Shown here: piece after piece, positions 60,636 through 64,000 of the stretch | Layout of the letters: each line of letters begins with the position of its first letter | How positions within the stretch are numbered: the stretch's first letter is position 1 | Source of the DNA: a virus | Virus record (IMG/VR): IMGVR_UViG_3300048818_000143 | Coordinates: 1 to 64,000 of that record | DNA length: 64,000 bases | Direction: 5' to 3' (one strand) | The notes under the pieces: model-generated | What the model was told of the DNA's origin: nothing | The model's input: only the letters and a program-made list of their open reading frames with translations | The model's database searches: none | Made by a program: the position numbers and the translations under genes

Positions 60636-61072
60636 CTAACCCCACCCCCGAAGAGCTTTCACAGTGGCTAGCGGACCTAGCCAAGGATGAGCCTGATGTG
60701 GCCGAGATGATGAGTCACGGTGGACGAACGGCCTTTCTCGAAGGCGGATGGTATTCAGAATCTGACGTAGATGTCCTTCTGACTCTCGCCGCCACCGAGC
60801 ATCACAAGGTCACGGAGCAGAGTGAGGGGATGGCGCGGCTGCAAGAGAACAAAGATCAACTATTACAGGCACTAGCCGCCTACGAAGAGCAGGTCACGGA
60901 GCAGGCGAAGCTGCTGGAGGAGGCGCGCGAGGTGATTCAGCGCCTGGATTCTCGTGTATGGCTAGACCACGACTTCGGTCGCGAGGGTCCGTGCCCCATT
61001 GTCGAATGCGAAACTTGCGAGGAACGCCGACACGCCCAATCCATGCTCGCGAAGCTGGAGACACCACGATGA
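60632..61072 (+). CDS. acidic coiled-coil protein (146 aa)
   Basis: ATGA overlap with the upstream stop. Glu/Leu/Gln-rich heptads and a C-terminal CPIVECETCEE. Confidence 0.55.
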   Translation: MTNPTPEELSQWLADLAKDEPDVAEMMSHGGRTAFLEGGWYSESDVDVLLTLAATEHHKVTEQSEGMARLQENKDQLLQALAAYEEQVTEQAKLLEEAREVIQRLDSRVWLDHDFGREGPCPIVECETCEERRHAQSMLAKLETPR

Positions 61073-61263
61073 CCCCTTTGGCTGAGATGCTTTATGCGCG
61101 CCGCGTTATGTCCCGCCTGACCATGCGAGAAGCGGCTAGAGAGATGGGCACCTCATCTGCAACGTATTGTCGTATCGAACAAGGTCATATCTGCGATGCG
61201 GAAACACTGATCAAGATAATCAGTTGGATGATGAAGGAGTTCCATGCCAAACCAACCCGATAG
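61069..61263 (+). CDS. XRE/Cro-type helix-turn-helix protein (64 aa)
   Basis: ATGA overlap with the upstream stop. RLTMREAAREMGTSSATYCRIEQG is a typical HTH_3 core. Confidence 0.6.
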   Translation: MTPLAEMLYARRVMSRLTMREAAREMGTSSATYCRIEQGHICDAETLIKIISWMMKEFHAKPTR

Positions 61264-61771
61264 CATCGAGACGCTGATTGAGAAAGCGCGACGCGCATTA
61301 CATCTTGGTCCTAATGACGTGGAGGTGAGGGTACTTCCCGCCTTAGACGCCCTCGCCCGCAGCCACGCGATTGTGCAGGGGGTGACTGCCACGGCAGATC
61401 GTCTTAATTCCGCAACTCATCCCTTGAGTCTCGCGATAGCTGGTGAATTGCTTGGCATCTTGAACGGATGGATCCCGCCCGCGGCCCCAACCGGCGAACC
61501 CACAGCATCAGCCATTGCGCATCCAGAAGAGCGACACGGATGGCGGGTGCTAGCGAAGTGTGACTGTTCATCTTGGCTAGCGGACGGTCATCACGAATCT
61601 GGATGCCCCAACGAGCCACCCACCGAAGCTCGCGGGGACGAGGCGCGGGAACGGGCTATTCAATTGCTTACGATACTGACTTCGGGCGTTAGCAACCCCC
61701 ATCAGCGGGAGCGGGCCGAACAAACCATAGACGCCATCCTCGGAGCAATAAATGAACACCGTGCCAAGTAG
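61244..61771 (+). CDS. hypothetical protein (175 aa)
   Basis: ORF with ordinary composition. The antisense 186-aa ORF is Ser/Arg-rich. Confidence 0.55.
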   Translation: MPNQPDSIETLIEKARRALHLGPNDVEVRVLPALDALARSHAIVQGVTATADRLNSATHPLSLAIAGELLGILNGWIPPAAPTGEPTASAIAHPEERHGWRVLAKCDCSSWLADGHHESGCPNEPPTEARGDEARERAIQLLTILTSGVSNPHQRERAEQTIDAILGAINEHRAK

Positions 61772-61796
61772 ATTGCGGACGCGAGAGAGTAGCCTC

Positions 61797-62129
61797 ATGA
61801 CCACGAACCAACTGCGCGCGAAACTGGCCGAGAAGCTGGAGGGTCGCGAGAATGAACAATGGATAGTTCTCGGCGATGGCGTCCATGTCGTGCGCGACAA
61901 TGAGACTTTCACCACAGTAGCCTCGTGTAACGAGGACGCCGAGATCATCGCCCTCGCTAACCCCACCAACCTGCGCCGCATCCTCACGGCGATGGAGGGG
62001 ATGGAGCAGGCGCTTTGGATGATCAAGCGTATGTCGGATGTGGATAACGGGAACGGCTTTAATCGAGTAGCCCGCGAAGCCCTCGCCGCGCTGGACCTCG
62101 ACGATGACGCAAAGGAGCCCGCGAAGTGA
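61797..62129 (+). CDS. hypothetical protein (110 aa)
   Basis: Start at MTTNQLRAKLAEKLEG (alternative ATG at 61752). Acidic. Confidence 0.5.
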   Translation: MTTNQLRAKLAEKLEGRENEQWIVLGDGVHVVRDNETFTTVASCNEDAEIIALANPTNLRRILTAMEGMEQALWMIKRMSDVDNGNGFNRVAREALAALDLDDDAKEPAK

Positions 62130-62278
62130 AACGGCACCCCTATGCGAGGCCTACCTTAAGGGACCGCCTTATTACAGGTGGATTCATGTCGCGTTTGACA
62201 CCAAAGCAGATCGCTCGCCTGCTCAAGTTGTCACAGGCCGAAGTTGAGGACGCTATTCGACGTGGTTTACGGGGATAA
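62126..62278 (+). CDS. small HTH-like protein (50 aa, below the ORF-track cutoff)
   Basis: GTG start in a GTGA overlap. Hand translation: VKRHPYARPTLRDRLITGGFMSRLTPKQIARLLKLSQAEVEDAIRRGLRG. LTPKQIARLLKLSQAEVEDAIRRG looks like an excisionase- or sigma-region-4-type HTH. Confidence 0.4.
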   Translation: MKRHPYARPTLRDRLITGGFMSRLTPKQIARLLKLSQAEVEDAIRRGLRG

Positions 62279-62322
62279 TGAGTTGACGCGCCTTGATCTG
62301 GACGCGACGGGGTTATTGTAGC

Positions 62323-62616
62323 ATGAAGATAGAGCGTTATTATGTGCCGAGTGATATGCGCGATGAATCTCGCAGCGAACTTTGTACCAGTCAGCATCCG
62401 AATCACAAAGTCCTCGGTCAAGTCCATGGCTTGCCCTTGTTTTGGCAGGCGTGGTGCTCCATTTGCGCCCTGAGTTCCGCGAAGCCTAATCCCTATATGA
62501 AGTCGGATTATTTCGAGGCAGCGATGCGATGGGCCAAGGCCGAATACGCTGAAAAGGCCCAGCGGTGGGCTAACCGTGGCAAGAAGAAAATAAAGCCGCT
62601 GGACGCGACGGGTTGA
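62323..62616 (+). CDS. hypothetical protein (97 aa)
   Basis: ATG at MKIERYYVPSD (the ORF-track start at 62293 is a TTG). Last plus-strand gene before the convergent junction. Confidence 0.45.
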   Translation: MKIERYYVPSDMRDESRSELCTSQHPNHKVLGQVHGLPLFWQAWCSICALSSAKPNPYMKSDYFEAAMRWAKAEYAEKAQRWANRGKKKIKPLDATG

Positions 62617-62752
62617 GTCTAGCAGGGATCCAGCGAAGGGCGACCTGGAAATGTGAAAAGCCAAGCGCAATGTCCAAGGCTCTTCGATCGCCCCTCGCCG
62701 AGAGGGGGTTACTGCATATCACTGAGGCTCTGCCGCTCCAGCGGCGTCAGGT

Positions 62753-63142
62753 TTACGAAGTCTTTGCGGCTGGAGCTGGCGTAGGGCAGCTCGTCACCAC
62801 CTGCACCGTTGCCGGCATCGCGGTCGTGAAACCATCTGAATTGCACTGGAACTGAATCGCCTGCGCTTCTTGAGCCGGCGAGATGGTCGAAAGCGGAATC
62901 GGCGGCAACGCGCTCACGAAGGCTTGCGGATTGCTGCAAATCTCCATCGCGCGCCGATACTGAGAGGCCGCCAAAGCATTGCCCGTGGTCTGTCCCGGCG
63001 CGCAGGTCGTCGCCGCGGCAAGAAGTATGCTGGCGTCGTTGGCGAGCACGCCGGGAATGATGCCTGCGGAGCCGCCGCCTACTTGGGCACAGGCCGACAG
63101 CCCGAGGGCCAAGGCCGCGATCGCGAGAGTTGTTAGTTTCAT
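62753..63142 (-). CDS. lipoprotein (129 aa)
   Basis: MKLTTLAIAALALGLSAC/AQ has a canonical lipobox (LSAC). Five further Cys follow. Confidence 0.65.
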   Translation of the reverse strand: MKLTTLAIAALALGLSACAQVGGGSAGIIPGVLANDASILLAAATTCAPGQTTGNALAASQYRRAMEICSNPQAFVSALPPIPLSTISPAQEAQAIQFQCNSDGFTTAMPATVQVVTSCPTPAPAAKTS

Positions 63143-63152
63143 GAGAGTCTCC

Positions 63153-63353
63153 TTAGTCAAGGTCATATTCAGCTTCGTTCAACGCTATCATAATCTCGCG
63201 CCACTGGTCGCTTTCGATGCAAGCCTCCAGTGCCTCGATACCGTCGTCTACCGTGGTGCCCTCGATGCGAGTCGCCCCGAACTTCGTCAGGATGGCCTCG
63301 GCGGCCGTGAAGTCTTGGTTTCGACCGAGCAGGACGGTGATTACCCGAGTCAT
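63153..63353 (-). CDS. hypothetical small acidic protein (66 aa)
   Basis: Start at MTRVITVLLGRNQ forms an ATGA overlap with the preceding mini-ORF. Confidence 0.45.
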   Translation of the reverse strand: MTRVITVLLGRNQDFTAAEAILTKFGATRIEGTTVDDGIEALEACIESDQWREIMIALNEAEYDLD

Positions 63354-63478
63354 CGAACCACTCCTAAACATCGAAATCCTTGTTGATTATGCGAGAGGTC
63401 GGGATGGACGATCTGCGCGTGGGCGGCGCTCGCGAGTAGCAGGAGGACGACAATTAGGGTGCGGAATCGCTCACTCAT
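63350..63478 (-). CDS. mini-ORF encoding a signal-peptide-bearing peptide (42 aa, below the ORF-track cutoff)
   Basis: Hand translation: MSERFRTLIVVLLLLASAAHA/QIVHPDLSHNQQGFRCLGVVR. Coupled to the downstream ORF. Confidence 0.35.
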   Translation of the reverse strand: MSERFRTLIVVLLLLASAAHAQIVHPDLSHNQQGFRCLGVVR

Positions 63479-63490
63479 GGCCACATTTAC

Positions 63491-63745
63491 TCATCGCTTC
63501 TTCCTCGACGCTGGGCGCTTCTTGGCTTTCGGCTTCGCGAGGACGGCGTGCAGCTTCGCGAGTTTTACGGGGTGGACCTCGGCGAGCGGTACAACGACCT
63601 CGCTTTCCTCACTGTCTTTTATGGCAAGTTTGATTGGCGGGATGAATCTGTCGTCTTGACAGTCCTTCGGCAATGGTTCATCGGGGTTGTCGCCTGTGAG
63701 AAAGTCCAGAATTTTGGCGACGATGGTTCGTTTGTCACTCATCAT
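63491..63745 (-). CDS. hypothetical protein with basic C-terminal tail (84 aa)
   Basis: 4-nt overlap with the upstream ORF. The C-terminus is AKPKAKKRPASRKKR. Confidence 0.5.
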   Translation of the reverse strand: MMSDKRTIVAKILDFLTGDNPDEPLPKDCQDDRFIPPIKLAIKDSEESEVVVPLAEVHPVKLAKLHAVLAKPKAKKRPASRKKR

Positions 63746-63996
63746 GGTCTATCCTTTGGCGGTTCGACTGGTGCCGCTGCTGCGGGCGGTTCAACCACAG
63801 GGCCCACGGTGGTTGTGGTGGTCGGAGTGGCAGCATCGGGCGTCGGCGCGGTCGTCGTGGTGACGGTCGGGGCCTTGCTCCTGAGCGCCGCTGCCGATGC
63901 GCCCATCGACGTCGTGAAATAGTACCCGATGACGATCGAGGCGTTGCTGATGAGGCCGCCGATGATGATGCCCATCGGCCCGTCTTTGAGTTGCAC
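63742..63996 (-). CDS. small single-pass membrane protein with Thr/Pro-rich tail (84 aa), holin-like by topology only
   Basis: GIIIGGLISNASIVIGYYF is a TM helix, followed by TTTAPTPDAATPTTTTT. The start lies 4 nt from the window end, so upstream context is missing. Confidence 0.45.
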   Translation of the reverse strand: MQLKDGPMGIIIGGLISNASIVIGYYFTTSMGASAAALRSKAPTVTTTTAPTPDAATPTTTTTVGPVVEPPAAAAPVEPPKDRP

Positions 63997-64000
63997 CGGG

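Noticed and set aside
62140-62670. 176-aa minus-strand ORF.
   Set aside because: It is antisense to two plus-strand ORFs that have coupling signals and an HTH motif. Its sequence is Arg/Leu/Ser-rich.
62691-62707. Hairpin CCCCTC-GCCGA-GAGGGG at the convergent junction.
   Set aside because: The stem is short and there is no U-tract on either strand, which is insufficient to call a terminator.

Overview
GC-rich, 64-kb segment of a tailed dsDNA phage or prophage. No integrase, att site, rRNA or CRISPR array was seen, so lytic versus prophage status is open. Genes are tightly packed and many junctions are ATGA or GTGA start/stop overlaps. (1) A long minus-strand late operon runs from about 47.3 kb down to 0. 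It encodes small Zn-ribbon proteins, a compact C5 DNA methyltransferase, two tRNAs (Thr-CGU and an initiator-like Met-CAU), large terminase, portal, an ATP-grasp enzyme, a scaffold-like protein, an N4-gp56-type major capsid protein, adaptor/tail-like proteins, several fibre-like proteins (one collagen-like), three low-complexity internal-protein-like ORFs, a 1512-aa polyvalent protein with a ParB-like domain, a carrier-protein / homing-endonuclease / acyltransferase trio, and a 1542-aa beta-helix spike-like protein with an NHL-repeat protein. (2) A plus-strand, self-contained insertion (32.2-36.0 kb) sits between the scaffold and capsid genes. It has its own promoter-like and hairpin elements and encodes a Dpm1/Ppm1-like GT2, an SDR epimerase-like enzyme, a GT-C-like membrane glycosyltransferase split into five ORFs, and two small membrane or lipoproteins. 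(3) A non-coding, strongly G/T-skewed region lies at 47.4-47.9 kb, where transcription diverges. (4) Early modules follow in alternating orientation: small Cys-rich ORFs, an AAA+ / DUF1257-like / DUF2997-like cassette, a YqaJ exonuclease + annealing-protein pair, two Vsr/DUF559-like nucleases, an HNH endonuclease, HTH proteins, and small membrane/lipoprotein genes at the right end. The most unusual observations are: Sec-type signal peptides on at least seven late-operon proteins (signal-anchor-like N-termini on two more), plus phage-borne glycosylation genes; an AAA+ ATPase whose Walker B block precedes its Walker A block; a phage acyl-carrier-like protein next to a CAT/E2-like acyltransferase, interrupted by a homing endonuclease; and a 13-mer repeated four times around two nuclease genes. 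No DNA polymerase, primase/helicase, RNA polymerase or recognisable endolysin was identified in this window. All functional calls come from motif reading of the translations and need profile searches.
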